The notes under the pieces: model-generated
Seen by the model: the letters and a program-made list of their open reading frames with translations, nothing else
Databases searched by the model: none
Told to the model about the DNA's origin: nothing
Part shown: piece by piece, positions 25,941-34,440 of the stretch
Layout of the letters: every line of letters begins with the position of its first letter
Position numbering within the stretch: position 1 is the first letter of the stretch
From: Veleropilina oligotropha
Taxonomy: Eukaryota
Direction of reading: 5' to 3'
Assembly: GCA_048128005.1 (NCBI GenBank)
Contig: JBEUKZ010000093.1
Span: 496,001 to 560,000, forward strand
Length of the DNA stretch: 64,000 nt
Program-made: the position numbers and the translations under genes

Positions 25941-27153
25941 TATCGCGGGTTCGAGTCCCGTCGGGATATATGACATTTTAACTGATACACAAATTTCATA
26001 TGTTATTAATAATATTATGATATGGCGAATGACCGTATGCATCGTTGCCAGTGCGTTAAATATATGTTGGTTAAAACAAAGTCATGTTATGCCTTCTATA
26101 TAATTGTCTATTAAATACATACAAGCCAGTGCCGACCGCAACTGGTCATCACTTGTATCAGTTTCAATGCCATATATTTCGTCGGTTCCCGTAGCTTAGT
26201 GGTCAAAAGCACCTGGACGGTATTCAGGGATCGCGGGTTCGAGTCCCGTCGGGATATATGACATTTTAACTGATACACAAATTTCATATGTTATTAATAA
26301 TATTATGATATGGCGAATGACCGTATGCATCGTTGCCAGTGCGTTAAATATATGTTGGTTAAAACAAAGTCATGTTATGCCTTCTATATAATTGTCTATT
26401 AAATACATACAAGCCAGTGCCGACCGCAACTGGTCATCACTTGTATCAGTTTCAATGCCATATATTTCGTCGGTTCCCGTAGCTTAGTGGTCAAAAGCAC
26501 CTGGACGGTATTCAGGGATCGCGGGTTCGAGTCCCGTCGGGATATATGACATTTTAACTGATACACAAATTTCATATGTTATTAATAATATTATGATATG
26601 GCGAATGACCGTATGCATCGTTGCCAGTGCGTTAAATATATGTTGGTTAAAACAAAGTCATGTTATGCCTTCTATATAATTGTCTATTAAATACATACAA
26701 GCCAGTGCCGACCGCAACTGGTCATCACTTGTATCAGTTTCAATGCCATATATTTCGTCGGTTCCCGTAGCTTAGTGGTCAAAAGCACCTGGACGGTATT
26801 CAGGGATCGCGGGTTCGAGTCCCGTCGGGATATATGACATTTTAACTGATACACAAATTTCATATGTTATTAATAATATTATGATATGGCGAATGACCGT
26901 ATGCATCGTTGCCAGTGCGTTAAATATATGTTGGTTAAAACAAAGTCATGTTATGCCTTCTATATAATTGTCTGATAAATACATACAAGCCAGCGCCGAC
27001 CGTAACTGGTCATCAAGTATCAGTTTCAATGCCATATATTTCGTCGGTTCCCGTAGCTTAGTGGTCAAAAGCACCTGGACGGTATTCAGGGATCGCGGGT
27101 TCGAGTCCCGTCGGGATATATGACATTTTAACTGATACACAAATTTCATATGT
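25941..27153 (+). repeat. Tandem array of a 288-bp tRNA-derived unit, left arm (4 full tRNA-like heads plus one partial)
   Basis: Heads start at 26185, 26473, 26761 and 27047. A-box TAGCTTAGTGG, B-box GGTTCGAGTCC, and TTTT shortly downstream. Confidence 0.92.
27047..27118 (+). ncRNA. tRNA-like sequence (pseudo-tRNA or SINE head, GGT at the anticodon position); representative of 10 full copies
   Basis: Folds as a cloverleaf: D stem GCTT/AAGC, anticodon stem CCTGG/TCAGG with loop ACGGTAT, T arm GCGGG-TTCGAGT-CCCGT. The outer two acceptor pairs mismatch and position 33 is C, so it is unlikely to be a functional tRNA-Thr. Confidence 0.65.
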
Positions 27154-27443
27154 AGCAGCAGGGGGGGTGACCATACCTTTTATCTGGGGGCGCGGCGAGG
27201 GAAATTAAGGCTCCCAGCACCTTTTCAGAATTAATATGGATCTCAACTCAGCAGCAGGGGGGGTCAATAGACTTTTTAGAATGGGAAAATACAGCGCCCA
27301 GCACCATTTCAGAACTCAGGGTAGCTCGGACTAGTCAGCAGGGGAGTTTAGACTAGGGCCCCGGGGCGACCGGGAAGGCTCCCAGCTATATTTCAGACCC
27401 CAGGGTATATCGTGTATTACAAAAAAGTTACCGTGTGTACAGC
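27154..27443 (+). repeat. Left terminal inverted repeat
   Basis: Reverse complement of 42767-43056. I count two substitutions in the outer ~245 bp and more divergence in the inner ~45 bp. Confidence 0.95.
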
Positions 27444-27492
27444 GACATAGAGCCCCCAGGGACGGCCCACTACCCTCGCCGGCCCGGGCTCC

Positions 27493-27693
27493 TCAGTTAT
27501 GCGAGCAGTAGCAGGGGGGGTGAGTTTGATTTCGTGCAACTCCCTTTCTACCGTCTTTGGTCTTCTTCTTATATATCGCTTGTTCACCATTGTCGAGTAC
27601 AACGATCAAAACGTTATAGCCCCGGTTTAAGAGGTTTTTAACGCGCCTGAAGCTCCGTTCGCTGTACAGCGTAATAATGTCTTCCTGTGGCAT
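27493..27693 (-). CDS. Small subterminal hypothetical protein, ~66 aa
   Basis: Protein-level conservation with 21090-21299 starting at MPQED. Confidence 0.6.
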   Translation of the reverse strand: MPQEDIITLYSERSFRRVKNLLNRGYNVLIVVLDNGEQAIYKKKTKDGRKGVARNQTHPPCYCSHN

Positions 27694-27801
27694 GTTGCTT
27701 TCAAGTATAACTACACAACGTCTAACATGCCGGTTATTTCTCACCGTGCACCGGGCTCGATATCTTAGTGTCATAATATCTATTAGAGACTGGTATATAC
27801 A

Positions 27802-28095
27802 ATGATAACCGCTATCAATATGTGGGGAACGGACACCTGTCAATGGCTCACCATCAGCTCCACGGAGCTATGTGGTAAGAGATGTCTGAACACGTATTGC
27901 AAAGTCCATCTGGCTCGGCAACGGCGAAATGGCCGGGGCACAAAACCCTGCAGCAAATGCGGGAAGGGCGTTTTCAACCGGCTTACGTTGTGTAAGGGCT
28001 GTGGGTATAAGAGTGAGAACGGTATGGACTGGCAACGAAAGAAAAGGGCCTTCGAGAGAGAGTTTCTCCGCATGGCTGCAATTTACCACGCGTAA
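27802..28095 (+). CDS. Cys/His-rich putative zinc-finger protein
   Basis: Eight Cys plus His in C..C..C..CxxH and CxxC...CxxC spacing, with a basic C-terminus; conserved in copy 1. Confidence 0.7.
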   Translation: MITAINMWGTDTCQWLTISSTELCGKRCLNTYCKVHLARQRRNGRGTKPCSKCGKGVFNRLTLCKGCGYKSENGMDWQRKKRAFEREFLRMAAIYHA

Positions 28096-28143
28096 ATTTC
28101 ATATTAGAGAAGTAAAGATCCTAGTGTGTACCCCCCCAGCAAC

Positions 28144-31100
28144 ATGGATGACCTGCGCAATCTAGCGAAAGATTATGGGATTCCCGCTCGGTCGAAGCTC
28201 AAGAAGAACGACCTCATCCGGGCAATCGCCAGGGTCCGTGCTGCGGAGTTTCGGAGGAGACTCGAGCGGGCGATGAAAACGGGAAGGTTCCCCTCCATAC
28301 GTGGAGATGTGGAGAACCCCCACAAAAGAGGCCGACGTGCTCGCGAGTTGCGGCAGATTAAGGACGAGGTCGACGCCGCCCTGCAGGCTCGTAAATACGA
28401 ATCCCAGGCTGAGAAAAATCCCAGGATTCGACTGAAGCCACTTCGCGCCATCACGGATCGAATCGTCAAGCGGTCTCGGAAAGAGACCCTTGCCCATGCT
28501 ATTGCTCGGAAGGGGCCCGATCTTCTCATCTCCAAAATGCCCCGGACAGCCCAGGACTACCAGAAGGATCTTCTAGGGCAATTTACCACACCCGAGGGAC
28601 AACGATTCATCGACCTGGATGACCAGGTCCCTCCCCCAGTAAGGCTCCCAGCAAAAGAGCCATGGGTGGAACTCTTGAGCGACGCCAAAGACGAGTTTGA
28701 GGTCGATGGCGCCGCGGCGGCTTTCTCCACATGGAGGGTAGAAGTGGCTGGACGGCTGGCCCTGGATGCCCGTATGACAGATGCAAGGGCGGCACAGCTC
28801 CTCACAGCCCTTCCAAAGGGCGAGTATGTCCTTAGAATAAAGTTCTTGCGTGAGTGGGGTGAAGGTGACTGGGTGGTCGAAGACAAGTTTGACCCGGTGA
28901 AAGCTGCGAGGAAGAAGGGCCAGGGTGTCTTTGAGATCTCTCAGGACACTAAGCCGGGTGCTATCACTGGGGTCGACAAGGTCTACTACGAGAATGCCTA
29001 CCCGGTCACTGCAGTCGTCTACGGCGTCTATCCTCTCAGAGAACCAAACCCCGCCAACCTGGTTCCGATGAAGAACGGCGACCTCAACTGCGTTGCCCAA
29101 CGAGTGGTTGAGCACTTCGAAGGTGCCCTTAGAGGACACGGACTCACCCCGACAAGGCGGCAGAAAATACTGGAGTGGGAAGAGCGAGTCCATGTAACAG
29201 GCGCCACTGTGGATGATATAGCTACCCTCGAGAAGATCCTCAAACGGGCGATCACCTTGAGAGACATTGCCGGCGAGGACATCTACAACAGTGGGAAATA
29301 CCAGGCCAGTATGTGGAAGTCCATAGAACTCATCTGTCACAACGGCCACGCCTGGTCGAAGGACCTACACTTTCCGCAGTCTCGCGAGGTCCACCTGTAT
29401 GAGGGCGATGTCTGGGAAGCTATCCGACAAGCCACCCAGAATGAGCCATTGGCTGTCTGGCTCCTTGGCGGTAAAGACCGACAGCTTGGCGTGGACCAGT
29501 TCGTGCTGCAAGACGGCCGCACTTACCGGACAAAAGAGGCTCACGAGAGACTCCAAGAAGCCTGTACAGCGCTGGGGAATGAGTCCCTAGCCGATCGAGC
29601 CTTTGGCGTGAACCATGCAGCTAGCATTATGGCCAAAGAGACCAACGGCTGGAAACCGACCCCAGCGGGCCTGCTCGATGACATCCAGAAGGCCTGTGTA
29701 GAGCATGGCCACGGCGGCCTGTGGAATTCCATGAATTACGACACGGGCGATGTCTGCTGCATCGATATGAAATCCTGCTACCCTGCAAGCTTTCTGGGGA
29801 AGGGCGAGGCTAAGCCCTATTTCGAAAGATTCGGACACCCACTCCACAGCATGACCCGGGTCGCAATTAACGGTCCTCTACCCCGAGAAATCGGTACCGG
29901 GTTTGCTGAGGTCGTGGAATGGGAGTTCGCACAAGACATCCACCCCGTCATTGTAGCATGGTTCGGAAAGCACTTTGCAGAGAATGGATGGGCACCCACC
30001 CCGCTGCTCGCCTTCCTCGTAGACTCTGGACTGCTAAAAAGCCTCAAGATCCGAGAAGCCATCATCGCATTCAAAAAGCAGACCGATGTCTGGCTTCCTC
30101 CGGATCGTGACCAGGGCTGCAGTATCATCGGCAAATTCACCCAAGGCGCCAAAGCTGACGGAAAGCGATTGACTCGTAGACTGGTGACCGACCAGGGTGA
30201 GCTCGACTTCCTCGTAAGAGACACCCGCCAAAGCGGCACCCTGGTTGGCGCTCCTCAGAGATGCCCTATGGGGCACATCCTCACGTACTATGATGGCTCC
30301 CAGCCTCAGTACGCCCACCTGAGGGCGTCCATGTTGGCCTATGCCCACATAAACCTCTTGAGCATGCTTCAGCGTTTCAGTGCAGCAGAAGCCGTCCGAG
30401 TAGCCACTGACAGCATCTACCTCAAGAAGGCCTCGTTGGAGAAGCTCGACGATGTCACGGTGTACGTTGCCCCCAGACTCTGCGGCTGTGGCGAGAAATC
30501 GTGCATCTCATGTCTGATCGCGGAGCCGTACCTTCCGCCAGTAGCACCAGCCCAGTGGCGTGACAAGGGCGAACAGCTGTATATGCCACAGGAACATGCC
30601 GCATACCTACCCAAGCCAGAGTATTGTTGTGCCGCCAATTCCAGCCAGCCGAGCACCGCGCCATGCTACAATGACACACTGACCCACCATCGCCTGAGTT
30701 ACCTCAACGGTGGAGGGGGCTGTGGCAAGACTACGAGAGCGATCGAGCTCTTTCGGGCAAGGAATCCCGTCGTGTTCACACCAACCCACCGCCTCGCTAA
30801 AGAGATGCGGACCAGAGGCGTCAAAGCCCAGACCTACCACAGCTTCTTCCGATGGAGCGGCCAGAATGACTGGACGCCTGACCGCATGGGTCAGAAGTTC
30901 ATCCCGCGCGTCATTATCTGGGACGAGGTCTGTACTGTTCCCCGGCACATCCTAGAGATGTTCTTGGACTGGCTGGGCCGCCACGAAGTGCAGGTTATCT
31001 GCTGTGGTGATCAAGGCCAGCCACCACCGATTACGGGCGAGATGCCGCACGATTGGCTGCGAAAGACCGCGGACTACTATGAGGAGATCGAAGTAGACTA

Positions 31101-31977
31101 CAGGGCGAAAGACGACCCTGCCCTCCAAGCCCTGAAAAGACGTATACGTCTCCAGCCCGACAAAGTCCAGTGCGACGAGATGCGACGGACCCTCCCCAGC
31201 TGCCTCGGATGGGACCGGTTCGTCAACACCTGGAAGCCAGGCGACCTAATCCTCACAAGCCGTCAGAAGGTCCGCGAACGGGCTCAAGAGCTGTTGCTCC
31301 AGAGGCACAAGGAGCACTTCCCAGACTCCATGGTGCCTATCCTGTACCACCCCAGGGACAGCAGAAAACAGAACATCATGGTAACCATTCCGGGCACCAG
31401 CGACAGAGAGGAGCTAGTTCTGAACGACGTCGTCGAGGTCACCATTGAGGCCGCTGAGCGGGCTATCCTGACCCCGGATTGGCGCCTGGGCTATGCCCTG
31501 ACCATCCATTCGAGCCAGGGTCTTACGATTCACGACCCACAGAAAGTCTGGATCATCGACGACTACCTTCAGTGGAGTAATCTCGCCTACCTAGCCGTGT
31601 CCCGGGTGGAGCTGCTGCGTCAGCTCGAACGGGTAACCTGTCCACCGGATGAGGGTTCTGAGGACAGGCCCCCCCAAACCGAGCAACAGCTCCGAAAGAC
31701 CATCCAGAAAAAGCTTGTGGCGTACAAACGCCAGGACCAGGCAACGGGACTCCCGGGGTTTAACCTCAAGGTCGACGACATCCTGCGGCTCAGAGAGGCC
31801 CAAAACAACCGCTGCGCAGCATGCAACATAGAGCTGCTCTGGGCATATTCCCCGAAGGACACACAGCAGTTCAGTGTCGACCGTGTGGACAACAGCAGGG
31901 GCCACACCCGCGACAACGTGCGCTTAACGTGTCTGGAATGTAACCGAAAACGAGGATTTGCGGTTGTTAACGCCTGA
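28144..31977 (+). CDS. Multidomain replication protein: putative terminal-protein region, OTU-like Cys protease, divergent family B DNA polymerase, SF1 (RecD/Pif1-like) helicase, HNH endonuclease
   Basis: OTU-like: GDLNCVAQ...HNGHAW. PolB-like: motif A IDMKSCYPAS, motif B-like RDQGCSIIGKF, motif C-like VATDSIY. Helicase: GGGGCGKT, IIWDE, CGDQGQPPP, YALTIHSSQGLT, YLAVSR. HNH-like: CAAC...SVDRVDNSRGH..DNV...CLECN. First ATG at 28144 (the track starts at a GTG at 28126). Confidence 0.88.
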   Translation: MDDLRNLAKDYGIPARSKLKKNDLIRAIARVRAAEFRRRLERAMKTGRFPSIRGDVENPHKRGRRARELRQIKDEVDAALQARKYESQAEKNPRIRLKPLRAITDRIVKRSRKETLAHAIARKGPDLLISKMPRTAQDYQKDLLGQFTTPEGQRFIDLDDQVPPPVRLPAKEPWVELLSDAKDEFEVDGAAAAFSTWRVEVAGRLALDARMTDARAAQLLTALPKGEYVLRIKFLREWGEGDWVVEDKFDPVKAARKKGQGVFEISQDTKPGAITGVDKVYYENAYPVTAVVYGVYPLREPNPANLVPMKNGDLNCVAQRVVEHFEGALRGHGLTPTRRQKILEWEERVHVTGATVDDIATLEKILKRAITLRDIAGEDIYNSGKYQASMWKSIELICHNGHAWSKDLHFPQSREVHLYEGDVWEAIRQATQNEPLAVWLLGGKDRQLGVDQFVLQDGRTYRTKEAHERLQEACTALGNESLADRAFGVNHAASIMAKETNGWKPTPAGLLDDIQKACVEHGHGGLWNSMNYDTGDVCCIDMKSCYPASFLGKGEAKPYFERFGHPLHSMTRVAINGPLPREIGTGFAEVVEWEFAQDIHPVIVAWFGKHFAENGWAPTPLLAFLVDSGLLKSLKIREAIIAFKKQTDVWLPPDRDQGCSIIGKFTQGAKADGKRLTRRLVTDQGELDFLVRDTRQSGTLVGAPQRCPMGHILTYYDGSQPQYAHLRASMLAYAHINLLSMLQRFSAAEAVRVATDSIYLKKASLEKLDDVTVYVAPRLCGCGEKSCISCLIAEPYLPPVAPAQWRDKGEQLYMPQEHAAYLPKPEYCCAANSSQPSTAPCYNDTLTHHRLSYLNGGGGCGKTTRAIELFRARNPVVFTPTHRLAKEMRTRGVKAQTYHSFFRWSGQNDWTPDRMGQKFIPRVIIWDEVCTVPRHILEMFLDWLGRHEVQVICCGDQGQPPPITGEMPHDWLRKTADYYEEIEVDYRAKDDPALQALKRRIRLQPDKVQCDEMRRTLPSCLGWDRFVNTWKPGDLILTSRQKVRERAQELLLQRHKEHFPDSMVPILYHPRDSRKQNIMVTIPGTSDREELVLNDVVEVTIEAAERAILTPDWRLGYALTIHSSQGLTIHDPQKVWIIDDYLQWSNLAYLAVSRVELLRQLERVTCPPDEGSEDRPPQTEQQLRKTIQKKLVAYKRQDQATGLPGFNLKVDDILRLREAQNNRCAACNIELLWAYSPKDTQQFSVDRVDNSRGHTRDNVRLTCLECNRKRGFAVVNA

Positions 31978-32965
31978 GAACCGGCGGCAGCTGGGTATCA
32001 CGAGGCACCACGAGAAGTTCCTCACGAACGAAGCCACGCGGTGGTCCATCCAGCAAGTAGTAGAGCACAGGCTCGTCAGGCTTAGTGACGGAGCGTCCAA
32101 GCCTGTAAACTTTTAGAGACCACACCGGGTCAGTAGCACGGCGATGACCCCCCTCCAGCTCACCATCGTAGTAAAGGTAGCGAACATCTACGTCAGAGGG
32201 GAGTTTCTGTTCCTTCCCCTGTCGGCCTGGAACAGTGGCGCCTGGCTTTTGGGCAACGCGAGGTGCCTTGATGGCGTCCTTGGGCTTTTTACCGGTCAGC
32301 CTGGTCACTTCCCCATTCAAGGCCGCAACTACAGCTGCTAACCGGGCGACCCACTCAGTTGACCTTTGACCCTCTTTCGCAGACTCTGCAAACCGCATCT
32401 CTGTTGCATACTGGTGCCCAAAGAGCCGCTCAGCGAGCGTCCGGTTGAAGCGCTCCACAATGCCCTGATCGCGATGGATATCCACACGGCCACGCCTAAC
32501 CTCGACGTTATTCTTTGCCAGCAGCTGGGAAACCGCGCCCATAAACTCTCGCCCTGGATCGACTTGAAGCAGTTTCGGCCAGCCAAGAGGACTCCGCCTG
32601 TAGATTCGGGCTAGTGCTTCAGCAACCCCTTTGGCCTCTTTTGTGACCAGAGGCTCAGCCTCTTTAAAGCGACTGGCCACATCAACCACAGTCAAAGCGT
32701 ACTTATAGGTCTTGTGTCTGACCTTGTCATGGGGGAGAAACAGGAGGTCGGCTTGGTGAACCTCGTTTGGCGTTACGACGTCGAATTTTGGTCTTGGAAT
32801 CCGCCGTGGCGCAGGTAAATAGATCTGCCATATAGCCTGCCTCTTAAGCCATGTCCGGGCCTCCACTTCAGACGCCTTGGCAGCCTCCGCTAGTTTCTTT
32901 ATCGCGGCAATGCCTTTCCAGTAGCCCTTAGGGCTGTAGTACATCCTCGCAAGCTTACTATCCAT
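31967..32965 (-). CDS. Retroviral-like (rve/DDE) integrase, Polinton type
   Basis: Catalytic triad in HQADL, QVDPGREF and GIVERFNRTL; LTVVDVASRF motif; SH3-like C-terminal tail; no chromodomain visible. Confidence 0.95.
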   Translation of the reverse strand: MDSKLARMYYSPKGYWKGIAAIKKLAEAAKASEVEARTWLKRQAIWQIYLPAPRRIPRPKFDVVTPNEVHQADLLFLPHDKVRHKTYKYALTVVDVASRFKEAEPLVTKEAKGVAEALARIYRRSPLGWPKLLQVDPGREFMGAVSQLLAKNNVEVRRGRVDIHRDQGIVERFNRTLAERLFGHQYATEMRFAESAKEGQRSTEWVARLAAVVAALNGEVTRLTGKKPKDAIKAPRVAQKPGATVPGRQGKEQKLPSDVDVRYLYYDGELEGGHRRATDPVWSLKVYRLGRSVTKPDEPVLYYLLDGPPRGFVREELLVVPRDTQLPPVLRR

Positions 32966-33179
32966 CAGCAATGTATTCCAGTAAACTGATCAGTCTCCAA
33001 CAGGCTTCAGCTTCCGGAGCCGGTCGCTGCGCAGTCGTCTCCCAAAGGTTGGTCGGGCCCGAGAGCACCAGGACCGCGAACCGCACCATAGTCTTTTCGT
33101 CGCGGCGCCAGCAGTCGAGTAACGTAGTACTATAGCCGACCGCAAGCATAGCGCAGTACAGCTCTTCTGGGAGCCCCAT
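32958..33179 (-). CDS. Small hypothetical viral protein
   Basis: Conserved with 15667-15960; its stop overlaps the integrase start. Confidence 0.65.
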   Translation of the reverse strand: MGLPEELYCAMLAVGYSTTLLDCWRRDEKTMVRFAVLVLSGPTNLWETTAQRPAPEAEACWRLISLLEYIADG

Positions 33180-33220
33180 TACTATACCTGGCACACGAAA
33201 AAAATGTCCACTGGAAATAA

Positions 33221-33652
33221 TTAGGCGAGCTTGTAGGCGACCAACCCGGTCGCAGCCATCCCCAGGATGATGAAGGTGATCTCACGTCCCTTCTGGGCAT
33301 CGCTCGGTGTGTAGTAGTCAGACAGCTGGGGCTCAGGGCCACCTCCCACAGCGATGGGGTCAAGGTTCTTGCCGGTGATCAATGCATACTCACGGATCGC
33401 GGCGTCAACATCTCGGAATGTCCCAACGGCATGACCCTGGCGGCGAAGTTCAACGTTCAGCCAGTCGAGACGCTCTGCCCTCTTTTGGGACCATTTAGTC
33501 TGAGCAGCGTTGAGCTGTTCTACAGCAATGTCGTGGCGTTTACGCTCTGCATCGACACCGGAGCTGCGTAGCTTCGAGAAGAGGAAGTTGGAGCCGCTGA
33601 AGGCGAGGGCGTTGACGAGAGCGCCCCCAACCAGCATCGCAATGGAAGCCAT
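33221..33652 (-). CDS. Viral protein with hydrophobic N- and C-termini and a central coiled coil
   Basis: MASIAMLVGGALVNALAF... and C-terminal ITFIILGMAATGLVAY; conserved in copy 1. Confidence 0.8.
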   Translation of the reverse strand: MASIAMLVGGALVNALAFSGSNFLFSKLRSSGVDAERKRHDIAVEQLNAAQTKWSQKRAERLDWLNVELRRQGHAVGTFRDVDAAIREYALITGKNLDPIAVGGGPEPQLSDYYTPSDAQKGREITFIILGMAATGLVAYKLA

Positions 33653-33683
33653 TGAAATGCTGCGATTATCTAGCAAGGTCCCA

Positions 33684-33923
33684 CTACTTCAATATATCGG
33701 CCGGAATGATGCCTTGCTTGATCAGCATGTCTTTCGTCGCCATGGCGAGCGATACGTCGAGGACGACCATCCCGACATCGTACCCCGTGAAGTCCAGTTT
33801 GGGGCTCGCTCCCTTGAATACCATCTTTGTCAGGCGTGCGTAGCCTATGGCGAGGCCTGACACTATAGCGGCGTGGTATACAGCGTTGCCGAGCATCTTT
33901 CCATCAGTGATTGGGGTAGTCAT
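33684..33923 (-). CDS. Small hydrophobic viral protein, 79 aa
   Basis: Two hydrophobic segments; highly conserved in copy 1. Confidence 0.8.
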   Translation of the reverse strand: MTTPITDGKMLGNAVYHAAIVSGLAIGYARLTKMVFKGASPKLDFTGYDVGMVVLDVSLAMATKDMLIKQGIIPADILK

Positions 33924-33948
33924 AACTGTTGATTAGTACCGTTTGCGA

Positions 33949-34440
33949 CTATTGCATATGAAAAGGGTTCTGCTTCTTCAATTCGATAGTGGGGGCGGCC
34001 CGAGAGCACCGAGCGTCCGCGTCTGGTGGCTGTTGATGTGGTGTGGATGGACCAGGGTTGCTGCGTTCTGAGGACGTCTTCCAGACAACAAATACCAACG
34101 CAACTGTACCGGCAGCGACGGCTACCTGGGTCCAATTAAATGGGTCCGATTTCCGTGTATCTGGCGCACACGGTCTTTCTGCGGCTGGAACCGCCTCCCC
34201 GGGCTGTTCTGATGGAACGACAACACTTGTTGGGGCACTCAGGTCTTCTTTCATTTTTCGAACCGCGGCCAGTAGCTTCTCCTGCTTGGCTTTTCGAGCA
34301 GCAGCGCCGGCCCGACCTGCAGCCACTTTTTTCGGGTCCTTTTTACTCACTGATGAGTCCGTCGAAGAAGTCACCCTCTCTATCGGCTGGCTCTCGATCG
34401 GCTGTCTCTCGATCACTTGGTCCACTTCCGGCGTTGTCAT
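33949..34440 (-). CDS. Basic, membrane-anchored hypothetical viral protein
   Basis: MTTPEVDQ start, KDPKKVAAGRAGAAARKAKQE, and hydrophobic helix VAVAAGTVALVFVVW. Confidence 0.72.
   Translation of the reverse strand: MTTPEVDQVIERQPIESQPIERVTSSTDSSVSKKDPKKVAAGRAGAAARKAKQEKLLAAVRKMKEDLSAPTSVVVPSEQPGEAVPAAERPCAPDTRKSDPFNWTQVAVAAGTVALVFVVWKTSSERSNPGPSTPHQQPPDADARCSRAAPTIELKKQNPFHMQ

Noticed and set aside
24452..26103. YVCM/HTYI repeat ORFs (also 44851-45360 and 54406-55208)
   Set aside because: Microsatellite translations.
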